Below the pieces are notes generated by a model. It saw nothing but the letters and a program-made list of their open reading frames with translations, was not told where the DNA came from and ran no database searches. 64,000 nt of DNA from the NCBI GenBank assembly GCA_963669175.1, contig OY769902.1, positions 800,001 through 864,000 of the forward strand. The letters are read 5' to 3'. This document shows positions 41,941 to 52,113 of the stretch, piece by piece (position 1 is the stretch's first letter; every line of letters begins with the position of its first letter). This DNA is from a bacterium. Its GTDB lineage: Bacteria > Electryoneota > Electryoneia > Electryoneales > Electryoneaceae. The position numbers and the translations under genes are program-made.

Positions 41941-44289
41941 TTACACCTCGTGGTCCGTTAGCAGGGGAAACAGAAGGCGGAACGCTGCGCCGCCACGTTC
42001 CAGGTTGCGTGGGGTTATCCTCCCCTGGTACTGCTTGACAAACATGTGTACGATTGCCAACCCCAACCCCATACCCTTGCCCGGTTGACGTGTCGAATAG
42101 AAAGGATCGAACAGGTCATCCATGATCGTGGTCGGCAGTCCCGGGCCATTGTCAGCGATTTCGATCACCGCCTGTTTTCCTTCGATACCGGTAAACAGAC
42201 GGATGCGTTTGACCGGACGCTCCACTTCGTCCAGCGCGTGGATAGCATTGACTACGAGATTATTGATGATCTGTTCCATCTGCACCGGGTTGCCCTGTAC
42301 CAGGATGGGGGTGCCGGCGAGGTTCAGGTCGATACGGATGGCGTGGTTCTGGACCTGACGTGTTACCAGTGCGAGGGCGTTTTTCACGGCCAGGTTCAGA
42401 TCAACCGTGTCCAGTTGCCCCGGTTGTGGCGCTTGCCAGTAGGAGCGCATATGATCTATGATGGATGCGATCCGCTCTGAGCCGCCGGACACTTCCCGCA
42501 ACATCTCAGACACAAAGTCTGGAATTTCGCCGGGATGTTGATCACGCCAGAGGTCAATCCCTTCACTGCTTAGGCGAATAGCGTTCAGCGGCTGGTTGAT
42601 TTCGTGGGTAATGCCTGCGGCCAGTACACCGATTGAGGCTAGGCGGGAGGTTTCCTCCGCAAGCTGAATCGCTTGCCTGCGTTTTCGTTCCACATCATGC
42701 GCGGCGGTGACATCCCACAAGATACCCAGCGCAGCGGGTTGGCCTTCCCATTCCACATTGGAAATACCCAGCTCAAGCTCAAGGCGTTTACCTGCTTTCG
42801 AGCGCGCCAGGAAAGCAAGCGGCTGATCCAGGAGAGGGGATGAATCCTTCGCATGCAAGCGTGATTCCACAAGACCCTGGTCCGCATCATCCACAAAATC
42901 GGTAAGGTGGTAACTGTCAGAGCCCAGGTTCACATCATCCAGTCCGAATAGTTTTCGGAAGCCTGGATTGGCCAGCATGATCCGGCCCTGTTTCAGGACA
43001 CAGATCCCTTCCTGGGCATGTTCGAATATCCTGCGGAAACGAGACTCGCTGGTCCGTAACGCCTCCTGCGCCTGTTCACGTTCGATGATTTCATGTTCCA
43101 GCCCGGTGACAGCCTTCTTCAGTTTCACATTCAGACGGTGGATATAAACAGCCGTTGCCAATGTTGCCAGCAAAGCCAGCACAACAGCGAGGAAAACCGG
43201 CCAGTAATGACGCCACAACTCACGAGCCGACACCTCCCCGTAATGCTCGTACGGCGGGGCTTTCAGGGCCATCAGGATCTCATGCACACTCTGGTAATTC
43301 TGTGGAATCGTCCAACCGGCGCTATGGGACGCCAGCGCTGCAGGATTGCGGGGGTTCATTTGCAGCAGCCGTGAACTGACCTCTTCAGCCAGCAGGGGGT
43401 CAGTGCTCCTGAGTACCGCCATGGGCCATTCGGGGTATAACGCTGTAGAATAGATGTAGGGATAGTCGGGGTACTCCTGGTCGGTAAGGGGAATCACACG
43501 ATACCCATCGAGATGGATCTTGCCTTCCTGTACCATTCGTTCCAGGGTACCGGTTCGTATCGCCCCGATTTCGACACGGCCATCGCGCACAGCGTACACC
43601 ACCTCATCGTTGCTGTCCAGCCATTCAATGGAGCTGAAGAGTTTTTCCGGGGTATATCCAAGGCGCATCAGTTCATACTTGACATCATACCAGGCGCCAA
43701 AGGCTTCCGGGTGAACCCCGGCAAAAGAAGCGTTTTTCAGGTTTACCGTTGCTTCGCCGTTTTGACGATCAGCGCGTGCGATCAGCACACCACCGAACCC
43801 GGTAACCACTTTCCCCTCTTCCGCGTTTTTCAGCGTGGCAATACGTGTCAAACCGTATCGTTGCTCGAGCAGCACATAAAACGCCGGATTGGCCAACAGA
43901 AAATCAACGGAATCCCTGGCGACAGCAGATTCGATATCATCATACCCAAGCGGAACGATGGTGAAATAGTATCCGGGCATGGTATAGGAAAGGTAATTCG
44001 CTGTCGGGGACCATTTTTCCAGGCAGCGTTCTTTAGAGCGTTTAATCAGAACACCGATGCGCACCTTGTGCAGCGCGTCCAGCTTTGAACTGTCCGATAC
44101 CATCGGACCCTGGGTGATGGAGAAGAAAACATCCGGGGGGTAATGTGATGTTTCGGGGGGGCCGGAACTCGGGTCAGTAAAATAAGTCTGGGGATAGGGT
44201 TGCTGACCGGGCGGCTCTGCCAGACATGCACCGAAAACCAACAGTACTCCCAGCAATACTATCAGCCAAACAGCCTTGTTTCGGTACAT
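41941..44289 (-). CDS. Sensor histidine kinase with PhnD-like periplasmic binding domain and PAS (TtrS/ThsS-like architecture)
   Basis: IGVL...KWSPTANYL, FLLANP, STALYPEWP, GWTIPQNYQSVH; TM; PAS; THEINQPL; GMGLGL. Confidence 0.88.
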   Translation of the reverse strand: MYRNKAVWLIVLLGVLLVFGACLAEPPGQQPYPQTYFTDPSSGPPETSHYPPDVFFSITQGPMVSDSSKLDALHKVRIGVLIKRSKERCLEKWSPTANYLSYTMPGYYFTIVPLGYDDIESAVARDSVDFLLANPAFYVLLEQRYGLTRIATLKNAEEGKVVTGFGGVLIARADRQNGEATVNLKNASFAGVHPEAFGAWYDVKYELMRLGYTPEKLFSSIEWLDSNDEVVYAVRDGRVEIGAIRTGTLERMVQEGKIHLDGYRVIPLTDQEYPDYPYIYSTALYPEWPMAVLRSTDPLLAEEVSSRLLQMNPRNPAALASHSAGWTIPQNYQSVHEILMALKAPPYEHYGEVSARELWRHYWPVFLAVVLALLATLATAVYIHRLNVKLKKAVTGLEHEIIEREQAQEALRTSESRFRRIFEHAQEGICVLKQGRIMLANPGFRKLFGLDDVNLGSDSYHLTDFVDDADQGLVESRLHAKDSSPLLDQPLAFLARSKAGKRLELELGISNVEWEGQPAALGILWDVTAAHDVERKRRQAIQLAEETSRLASIGVLAAGITHEINQPLNAIRLSSEGIDLWRDQHPGEIPDFVSEMLREVSGGSERIASIIDHMRSYWQAPQPGQLDTVDLNLAVKNALALVTRQVQNHAIRIDLNLAGTPILVQGNPVQMEQIINNLVVNAIHALDEVERPVKRIRLFTGIEGKQAVIEIADNGPGLPTTIMDDLFDPFYSTRQPGKGMGLGLAIVHMFVKQYQGRITPRNLERGGAAFRLLFPLLTDHEV

Positions 44290-44454
44290 GTTTCCCCCAT
44301 TTCGAATGCCCTAATATACGGTTCTGAAATGGGACGGGAAACCGGAATCAGGAGGGGGTAGTTGACCATTTGAAGGTGAACAATAACTACTCTTGAAAAT
44401 AAACCGTCATGATAGTATCCGACGAACGATTCATAGGTGACTAGGAATAAGCCT

Positions 44455-44574
44455 ATGGAAAAAGGGGACAGTTTCCTTTTCCAGAAATACTTCAGAACTA
44501 TTCTGTATAAGCGCGAGGAAAAGGATCCCGTCCCCTTTTCCCGGCAATCTCTATTATGACGGAATAAAATCGAG
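44455..44574 (+). repeat. Repeat B, copy interrupted by the IS110 element
   Basis: Matches 40027-40146; continuation AACAGCTATA resumes at 45947. Confidence 0.85.
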
Positions 44575-44661
44575 TTCCTATGTTAAACGACAGGCGCATC
44601 AAGTCGTGTTGGAACTGCTATCTTAGCAGTATTCCATTTTTCCAACACAAGGAGAAGCGCC

Positions 44662-45723
44662 ATGTCGAAGAACCAAGTTATTGCAGCGGACCGTTCATTG
44701 TCTATAGGTCTGGATGTTGATTCGCAGACTTCTTTCGCCGTTGTGCTCGACACCCAGACTGGTGAAGTGCTCTTTGAGAATCGGATCAAGCATGACTCAG
44801 CCGCTTGGGAACGCTTCTTTGCCCGTTTTCCCAACTGCCGCATGTGGGCGTGTTATGAAGCGGGCCTCACCGGCTTTGGCCTCTGTCGTTACCTGATCGG
44901 CCAAGGTGTTGACTGCCAGATCGCGCCGCCCAGCCAAGTTCCCAAAGGGGCGCAAGCGAAGCAGCAGAAGACCGATCATCTGGATGCCCTTACCTTGGCC
45001 CACATGTTCTGGACACCACCTCGTACCTGGGTACATGTCCCCACAGAACAGGAAGAGGCGGATCGTCAGTTGTCTCGCACCCGTGACCAGGTGATGAATG
45101 ATCGCGTTCGGGTCAAAAACCGAATCAAGAGTCTGCTATTGTTTCACGGTTTACAGTCACCGTTTCCGCCGCAACGCTATTGGACAAAGGAATACCGGCG
45201 CTGGTTGCGAACGTGTGATTGTCTGGCTGCGACACGGATAGCCATTGATGTTGCTCTCGATGAGCTGGAGGCCATTGAACAGCAACTCAAGGTGATCACC
45301 AAAGCGATCAAGGCGATGAATGCGTCCGCAACGTATCGGGACCGTACCCAGCGCCTGTGCCAGGTGAAAGGCGTGGGCGAGCTGACCGTGAACGCCTTCG
45401 TGACCGAGATGTATCGTCCCGAACGCTTCGCATCCGGTAAGCAAGTCGGCGCACATCTTGGCTTGACGCCGTGTGAATGGTCAAGCGCCAACACACGCCA
45501 TATGGGACACATTACCCACTGGGGACCGTCCCATCTACGAAAACTATTGGTCGAAGCTGCGTGGCGTTGGGTGCAAAAAGATCCGTATGCAAAGAAGAAA
45601 TACGATGCGATCCATGCCGGGAAAACACGGAAAGTGGCGATCGTCGCCATGGCACGAAAACTAGCCGTGATACTGTGGGCCATGCTGGTCAAAGAACAAG
45701 ACTACAATCCTGCCTGCGTATAA
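44662..45723 (+). CDS. IS110 family DEDD recombinase/transposase
   Basis: IGLDVD, CYEAG, KTDHLDA (DEDD); GLTPCEWSS catalytic Ser region; AIVAMARKL. Confidence 0.93.
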   Translation: MSKNQVIAADRSLSIGLDVDSQTSFAVVLDTQTGEVLFENRIKHDSAAWERFFARFPNCRMWACYEAGLTGFGLCRYLIGQGVDCQIAPPSQVPKGAQAKQQKTDHLDALTLAHMFWTPPRTWVHVPTEQEEADRQLSRTRDQVMNDRVRVKNRIKSLLLFHGLQSPFPPQRYWTKEYRRWLRTCDCLAATRIAIDVALDELEAIEQQLKVITKAIKAMNASATYRDRTQRLCQVKGVGELTVNAFVTEMYRPERFASGKQVGAHLGLTPCEWSSANTRHMGHITHWGPSHLRKLLVEAAWRWVQKDPYAKKKYDAIHAGKTRKVAIVAMARKLAVILWAMLVKEQDYNPACV

Positions 45724-45927
45724 CCCCAGCACTGCTGGCAGGTAGGTAAAGCATAGATTGTGATTGAATCGTCCGATGCCATTGGGAACACGCGACCCTG
45801 GTAGTTATTCTGTTGCTTGACAACGATTCGAGTTTAGGGCGCCGCTGTTCCGTGCGAACAAAAAACTTGTGCCACGAGCACGAATAGCAGAACGGCACAT
45901 GGGACGATACAAAGGCTCTTTACACCC
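45724..45927 (+). ncRNA. Candidate bridge RNA/seekRNA region
   Basis: Non-coding, hairpin-rich; contains ATTCGAG (45826, resembles target AATCGAG), GCTGTTC (45844, reverse complement of target GAACAGC) and ATAGCAG (45883, donor end). Confidence 0.6.
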
Positions 45928-45954
45928 TTGACTGTTTACATAGCAGAACAGCTA

Positions 45955-46170
45955 TATTTCGCATGATAGATCGTCATCAGGCATCACATTGCGACCTGAC
46001 GACAGCGAGAGTGCTGATACCGGTGGCAGGTCACAACGCGACAATAACAGGACGAGAGGTGGTTTCAGTATCATGTGCATTCAGAAATACATTGCGAAAG
46101 CCGAAAACGGAATGTCGCGTCAAGACCTGCCACAACTTTGCCCGGATGTACAAATTCTTGTGAGGAATCC
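45955..46170. mobile_element. MITE family A, right-hand two-thirds
   Basis: Homologous to about 6230-6444 and 62240-62450, ending in TIR ACAAATTCTTGTGAGGAATCC. Confidence 0.8.
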
Positions 46171-46187
46171 ATTTTAAGCGGCTGATT

Positions 46188-47051
46188 TTACCCTGCAGGT
46201 TTATCTTTCAAAAATGTCCCGTCATGGTATTCCGCAAACGCCTGCTTGAGTTCTTCCTGTGTATTCATGACAATCGGTCCACCCCAGGCGACCGGTTCAC
46301 CGTGCGGTTTTCCGGAGACAAACAGCAGGCGCATACACTGTTGGTTTGTTTTCAACGGCGCCGTTGTACACGGTCCAAGCTTATACACAAATCCCGCTTC
46401 GATCCTGCGAGCGTCCTCATGTCCCAGCGTACCCTCTCCCTCAAAGACAAACAGGAATGAACGATACCCCTTTTTCTCGGGAATCTCACAACTTGCCCCC
46501 GGTTCAAGGAAGATATCGAAATAGTCCACATCCACCAGCAAATCCCGAAGGGGACCATTTGAACCATTCAATGAACCGGACACCAGCTTGACCGTAACAC
46601 CTTCGGCAAAATCGATCGTAGTGACGTCGCTGGCTTTCACTTCACGATAAGCCGGGGCGGTCATTTTAAGTGAGGCGGGCAGCTTGACCCAGAGCTGAAA
46701 TCCACGCAAGCGTCCGTCCGTAAGCTGAGGCATCTCCTGATGAACAATCCCGCTGCCCGCAGTCATCCACTGTATGTCACCGTCACGGATTGTCCCCTCG
46801 TTACCCAGGCTGTCGCCATGTGTCACTTCGCCGTGCAGCATGTAAGTGACCGTCTCAATCCCACGGTGCGGATGCCAGGGAAACCCCTTCAAATAGTCTT
46901 CCGGCCTGTCCGAGCCGAAATCATCCAGGAGGAGAAACGGATCAAACATGGGGACTTCACGATTCCCGAACATGCGGTTCAATCGTACGCCAGCGCCTTC
47001 CAGGGTTGGTGTTCCGGCAATGGCGGTCTCAATGACACAAGGGATGGACAT
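46188..47051 (-). CDS. Pirin family protein
   Basis: DPFLLLDDF, GFPWHPHRGIETVTY, QWMTAGSGIVHQE, GPIVMNT; GAGGT RBS before ATG 47051. Confidence 0.95.
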   Translation of the reverse strand: MSIPCVIETAIAGTPTLEGAGVRLNRMFGNREVPMFDPFLLLDDFGSDRPEDYLKGFPWHPHRGIETVTYMLHGEVTHGDSLGNEGTIRDGDIQWMTAGSGIVHQEMPQLTDGRLRGFQLWVKLPASLKMTAPAYREVKASDVTTIDFAEGVTVKLVSGSLNGSNGPLRDLLVDVDYFDIFLEPGASCEIPEKKGYRSFLFVFEGEGTLGHEDARRIEAGFVYKLGPCTTAPLKTNQQCMRLLFVSGKPHGEPVAWGGPIVMNTQEELKQAFAEYHDGTFLKDKPAG

Positions 47052-47592
47052 GGTGACCTCGCTGGTGGTGGTTTCAACGTGTTCACAGGGAACCGTATTT
47101 TTCTGTGGCAATATATTAGCTGAGCTGTTCAGGTTGTAGTAAGGAAGGGATAGAAATAAACGTAACAGAGGTTTGTCCTGTTATAGTGTTGCTCAAACAA
47201 TATATCCCATCATGTCATTCCCGGCCTTATGCGCCGAGGCGTATTGAACGGGGATCTCGTTGTTTTTCTATTTCATGGGATAATGTTTATACAACCATAG
47301 TCGTTCCCGAAAGTCTTTTCCGTTTCAGGGTAACGGTAGTTACTTTCAGGCACAAAACATTTGTTCTGTATAGAGTTTGACTCTCTCTTATTGCTCTCTT
47401 TCGAAAACATATTTTGTTGTTTTAGCAGGCTTTAGCCTGCTCTTCTTAGCACCCGGCTTCAGCCGGGGTGAGAAGATGCAAACAACATTCTGAGCACGCT
47501 TTAGCATGCTTGCCTGGTATAAATCCTGATTCCGGAAAGCACCCTGAAGGGCGCTCACCACTTCTTTAGCACAACGAACACCCCGGCTGAAG

Positions 47593-48466
47593 CCCTGTCT
47601 CATACCCACATCTTCTGAAAGCTGTATCAGTAAAAGAGTTGTGGACATAGCATTTTTAGAATCCCGGCGGGATTCCCTATTTTAGCATAGTGTACAGGCC
47701 GTCTGTTTGGCCTGTACACTATGTCAGGTATTCTAACGAATAATCAACCCTGGAAGGGTTGCATAATACGCGATTCATATTAGTACGTTCAATAAATACA
47801 GGAAATAACGCATTTTATATTCTATACAAACCAATTGGGTGTAAATTATACGTTATGCAACCCTTCCAGGGTTGAGATAAGGTTTGATCTTTTTCGTAGG
47901 GTAGACGCTAACCCGAATATTTCATGAACGGAACATGGATATTCATCTTAACACAGTTCATATCAACACAATACAACTGATTCATACAGCATTTTTCAGG
48001 GGACAGTTTGCTCCGGTATCCCTTTGCGTGTCTATTCCCTGTTTCGCTGGCAAAATAGGCTGAGAATCGGCAACCGCCCCGGCAGGGGCAACCTGTATTA
48101 GCCCCGGGCAGCCGCCGTCAGTTTGGCGGCTACCCGGGGAGATAATGCGCATCATATATTTACTCCGGAAGGAGTAACCTGATAATTATCAAAAGTATAC
48201 AGTGGAAATATTCAGGCAACCCGCTGCCGGGGTTGGCAAGTAGCGTACATCCTATTCCCACCGTGAGCGCCAAACAGACGGCGCTGGACGGTGGGCTAAT
48301 ACAGAGAACCACTGCCGTGGTTCTTGTACTGGCCATTCCATCAAATACCAAATTTGAAATTGCATTGGTGAAATATTCGGGCTAAACAGACAGCGTCAAC
48401 CCTACGCTAAAATATACCACCCCCTCTGGGGTGGCAGAAACACGAAGATGTGAGCAAGAGACAGGG
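47593..48466. mobile_element. Middle non-coding element (level 2) with 6-bp target duplication
   Basis: TIR CCCTGTCTCATACCCACATCTTC / GAAGATGTGAGCAAGAGACAGGG; CTGAAG duplicated at 47587-47592 and 48467-48472. Confidence 0.8.
47908..48385. mobile_element. MITE family D, copy 2 (level 3)
   Basis: Inverted copy of 32273-32749; inserted at TA inside hairpin CGTAGGGTAGACGC...GCGTCAACCCTACG. Confidence 0.85.
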
Positions 48467-48571
48467 CTGAAGCCGGGTGCTAAAAAGAGCCTGCTAAAGC
48501 AGGCTGATAACTATTCGAATCAGCAAAAACTTTCGGGAACGACTATACAATAGTGCAATACGGAAACGGGG

Positions 48572-48865
48572 TTATTCATTGTTGTTGACCAGTCTCTGTA
48601 TTTTTACAAAGCCGTACAGTTGTTCCAGGAGTTGATTTGTGGCGCCCTCGCTGAGGGATCCGTCAGCGGCAGGTTCACTATCCCTTAATAATTCTTCCAT
48701 CCAGATCACATAGCGCAGAAACATGACCTCCACTTGTTCGCGCTGCTCTTCAGAAAGATTGTTGAACAGGTCAGCTTGATCAAGGAAAGCTCGTTCCAGG
48801 CGGCTGGTGTGGATAGAAGGTTCAAATCGGTTCAGGATCAGCGCCGCTTCTCTGTACTTGTCCAC
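48572..48865 (-). CDS. Hypothetical helical protein coupled to hsdS
   Basis: 97-aa ORF whose GTG directly follows the hsdS stop; no recognised motif. Confidence 0.5.
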   Translation of the reverse strand: MDKYREAALILNRFEPSIHTSRLERAFLDQADLFNNLSEEQREQVEVMFLRYVIWMEELLRDSEPAADGSLSEGATNQLLEQLYGFVKIQRLVNNNE

Positions 48866-50644
48866 CTATACCCCCAGGGTCATCTGTTCGTTTGCCGCTG
48901 TTTTATTCGGCGCTTCGGTTTGGGATGGCAATGAATGGCCGTTGACCAGGTTGTGGACGATGGCATCCATCAATTTTTCGCTGTGGGATCGGGACTGGGT
49001 TAGCTTGGCTTCCAGATCGTCACATAACGCCATCAGTTGGTCGACTTTTTCAACGATGCGTTTTTGTTCTTCAAGTGGTGGAATTGGCACGGGACAAGCC
49101 CGAAGCTGTGTCTTATTTATAGATGCAAGATTGGTTGTTTGTTTGGATGATCCTGCGAAATAGTCCCTGGCGGGGACAGAATTCAGGTATAATTCAAGCC
49201 ACTTTTCGTTTTGTTCGTCAAGCAGTTTTCTTGCCTTGAAGACATGGTTTTGATGGATACATAGCGGAATTTCCAGATTCCAAATACAGGTTCGTCCGAC
49301 TTTATCCCAATCACCACCTTCAGTTATCAGCAGGTCTTTGCTTTGCAAGCTGAATTTTTCTATTTCATCTTCAGCAATTTCAATTTCTTTGATCATTGAC
49401 AAATCCAGATGACCGCGTTGTACATTCGCAACGCGAAGGTATGGCAACGATACAAGCTTTCGACCTTCCAGTTTACGACCCTTTGTGACACCGCTGCTGA
49501 TAATGGTCAAATCTTCAAAACGTACCCACTCCCAGTTACTTGGTAGCAGGAAGGGATTTAACGCCAATTTCGATTTTGGGATCGGCGGAAGCCTCTTTAA
49601 TTCCCCAGTAGACAGTAGCTGTTCTTTCTTGTTATGGACTGCATTTACCAAAGCTTCTGCGCTATCGTCGCTAGGGGCTTGTGGAACAAGTTTGCCCTGA
49701 ACAGCAAGCTGAAGGATGGCTTGGCGAAGTTCCTGGATGGTTGCGGGGGTGTCGTACAGGATATCGAAATGATCGGCGATCCGATGCCAGGCGTGTTGGA
49801 AGGTCGACGGGTCGCTGGCGGTCGTCAGGGAATGTAGGGACGCTTTATTCAGGTTAATCCGTACCGATACCATTTTCTGCTGCTGCTGTTCCAATTCATC
49901 ACACAACGCCATTAGTTGATCGACTTTTGCAACGATGCGTTTTTGTTCCGGTAATGGCGCTACGGGGATCAGTGTCATCCTTGCGTCTGTTGTATTCAGT
50001 CTTGGCAAATTAATTCCGTAAGTTTTGTTATTTACATAGGTTATAAAATATGGGCTTTTCAAAATCCATCGAAGATAATATGGATCCATTCCTTCTAACA
50101 CTACAATGGGTACAATTTCAGTTGTTGAGTATCCTGCTTCATCCGCAACTATTACTTTATCCAAATATGGACGAAGTTTACCATACAATACGTCATTCCT
50201 TCGAAAGGATGTTTTGGTGCTTTTGGGCCTTCGTTGTTCAACGGTTATTCTTTGTAATAACCTTGAACTAGATTTTTCTATATCTTCTAATTCAAGCATC
50301 CAGCGGTCAGATACTAACTGATTTGGTTCATGATTTTGACGACCTTTATATATTGTCGTTTCACCTAAACGATTCCATTTCCAGCTCAATGGAATATCAA
50401 ATGGAATTTCATTACTTTTTATCTTCGGTAATGTCTTTTCGGTTCTAATACCTTCAACCTTATAGTGCTTTTGTTTCAATTCATTCATCTTATCAAACCA
50501 GACAACAACCGATTCATCATCAGGATCTTGTGAGACAAGTTTACCTTGAACCGCAAGCTGAAGGATCAATTCACGTAGCATTTGAATCCCGTTCGGGCCT
50601 TCAGCAAGGTGTCCGAAATTATCCATGAACGTCTGCGGGGTCAT
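48866..50644 (-). CDS. hsdS: Type I restriction-modification specificity subunit
   Basis: Two TRDs and repeated conserved regions (LRELILQLAVQGKLV / LRQAILQLAVQGKLV; PL.EQKRIV.KVDQLMALCD.LE twice). Confidence 0.93.
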   Translation of the reverse strand: MTPQTFMDNFGHLAEGPNGIQMLRELILQLAVQGKLVSQDPDDESVVVWFDKMNELKQKHYKVEGIRTEKTLPKIKSNEIPFDIPLSWKWNRLGETTIYKGRQNHEPNQLVSDRWMLELEDIEKSSSRLLQRITVEQRRPKSTKTSFRRNDVLYGKLRPYLDKVIVADEAGYSTTEIVPIVVLEGMDPYYLRWILKSPYFITYVNNKTYGINLPRLNTTDARMTLIPVAPLPEQKRIVAKVDQLMALCDELEQQQQKMVSVRINLNKASLHSLTTASDPSTFQHAWHRIADHFDILYDTPATIQELRQAILQLAVQGKLVPQAPSDDSAEALVNAVHNKKEQLLSTGELKRLPPIPKSKLALNPFLLPSNWEWVRFEDLTIISSGVTKGRKLEGRKLVSLPYLRVANVQRGHLDLSMIKEIEIAEDEIEKFSLQSKDLLITEGGDWDKVGRTCIWNLEIPLCIHQNHVFKARKLLDEQNEKWLELYLNSVPARDYFAGSSKQTTNLASINKTQLRACPVPIPPLEEQKRIVEKVDQLMALCDDLEAKLTQSRSHSEKLMDAIVHNLVNGHSLPSQTEAPNKTAANEQMTLGV

Positions 50645-52089
50645 GCGCCGTGTCCCCCAAGGGCGTCCATCAGTTCCTTTTTCAAGGCTTCGCGAACATT
50701 ATCCAGATCAGACTGTACTTGGTGGTATTGCTTCAACAGTTTGTCGGGATCACCGGGGCCGTCGTCAATCGTGTTCGGGTTCTTGATGTCCAGGTTGTAC
50801 CCGTTGGCCATGATATCTTTGACGGGGACACGCCAGGCCAATTCACTTTCTTCACGGTTGTCCCACCAGTCCTGTTCCGGTTGGAATTCTTCGAACCGAA
50901 TGGGCTTTGTTTTGGAATACGACTTGTATCCGGGTGGGTATGGATGTTCGTAGTACCAGACTTCGGTTGTCGGTTCGCCCTTTGTGAAGAACAGCAGGTT
51001 CGTTTTGATACTGGTGTATGGATTAAAAACGCCGTTCGGCAAACGGACAATCGTATGCAGGTTGCATTCTTTCAGCAGTTTTTCCTTGATCCGTGTCTTG
51101 ATCCCTTCGCCGAACAGGCTGCCATCGGGAAGGACCAGGGCTGCACGTCCGCCCGGTTTCAGCAGGTGCATGATCAAGACAAGAAACAGGTCTGCGGTTT
51201 CCCGTGTCCGGAACGCTGTCGGGAAGTTCGATTCGATGCCGTCTTCTTCCATCCCGCCAAATGGGGGATTGGTCACGATCACATCCACACGGTCTTTCGG
51301 GCCGTAGTCACGCAAGGGACGCGCCAGGGTATTATCCCGTCGGATCTGGTGGGGAACATCTATCTGATGTAGCATCATGTTCGTGATACATAACAGGTGG
51401 GGAAGGGGTTTCTTTTCGACCCCCTGTATCGATGTTTGCAGGATTTCTTCTTCCATCGTTGTATTGACATATCTTGCCCGTTTATGATCTATGACATTGG
51501 CCAAAAAACCGCCTGTGCCACATGCCGGGTCAAGCACTTTTTCAGTCAGTTTTGGATCGACCCGGTCAACGATAAACTTCGTAATTGCACGGGGGGTGTA
51601 GTATTCGCCGGCGTTACCCGCGTTTTGCAAATCCTTCAGGATCTTTTCATAGATTTCATTAAACTGGTGACGATCATCAGATTTATTCAGGTTTATATCT
51701 TCGTTGATCTTGTTGATCACCTGCCGGATCAGCGTACCGTTCTTCATGTAGTTGAACGAATCCTGGAACAGGCTGCGAATCACAACCTTGCGCTTTGAAC
51801 CGTTGAGTTCGATAGTTTTCAGTTTCGGGAACAGGATATTGTTGACGAAGTCGAGCAGTTCATCGCCTGTCCTCCCTTCCGGATTATCCGCCCAGTTGCG
51901 CCAGCGTAGATGATCCGGAAGAGGGGATGTGTACCCGTTTTCCAGCAATTCCCATTCCGATTCTCGCTGGTCAAAAATCTTCAGGAACAGCATCCAGGCA
52001 AGCTGGCTGATCCGTTGTGCGTCCCCATCCACCCCGACATCCTTGCGCATGATGTCCTGGATGGATTTTATGGTTGATCCTATGGCCAT
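50641..52089 (-). CDS. hsdM: Type I R-M N6-adenine methyltransferase
   Basis: GEYYTPR, LDPACGTGGFL, TNPPFGG. Confidence 0.95.
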   Translation of the reverse strand: MAIGSTIKSIQDIMRKDVGVDGDAQRISQLAWMLFLKIFDQRESEWELLENGYTSPLPDHLRWRNWADNPEGRTGDELLDFVNNILFPKLKTIELNGSKRKVVIRSLFQDSFNYMKNGTLIRQVINKINEDINLNKSDDRHQFNEIYEKILKDLQNAGNAGEYYTPRAITKFIVDRVDPKLTEKVLDPACGTGGFLANVIDHKRARYVNTTMEEEILQTSIQGVEKKPLPHLLCITNMMLHQIDVPHQIRRDNTLARPLRDYGPKDRVDVIVTNPPFGGMEEDGIESNFPTAFRTRETADLFLVLIMHLLKPGGRAALVLPDGSLFGEGIKTRIKEKLLKECNLHTIVRLPNGVFNPYTSIKTNLLFFTKGEPTTEVWYYEHPYPPGYKSYSKTKPIRFEEFQPEQDWWDNREESELAWRVPVKDIMANGYNLDIKNPNTIDDGPGDPDKLLKQYHQVQSDLDNVREALKKELMDALGGHGA

Positions 52090-52113
52090 GTATCGTTCGT
52101 TCCTTGCCGGTTT

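Larger units (their letters stand above)
44575..45946 (+). mobile_element. IS110-family insertion sequence, IS1111-type layout
   Basis: AG core at both junctions; subterminal IR CTATGTTAAAC / GTTTACATAG; long non-coding region downstream of the recombinase. Confidence 0.9.
47297..48546. mobile_element. Outer non-coding element (level 1 of nested MITEs)
   Basis: Perfect 18-bp TIR ATAGTCGTTCCCGAAAGT / ACTTTCGGGAACGACTAT enclosing REP-like doublets. Confidence 0.75.

Noticed and set aside
47297-48546. Possible CRISPR array or structured ncRNA cluster
   Set aside because: No regularly spaced identical repeats with unique spacers and no cas genes; explained by nested TIR elements
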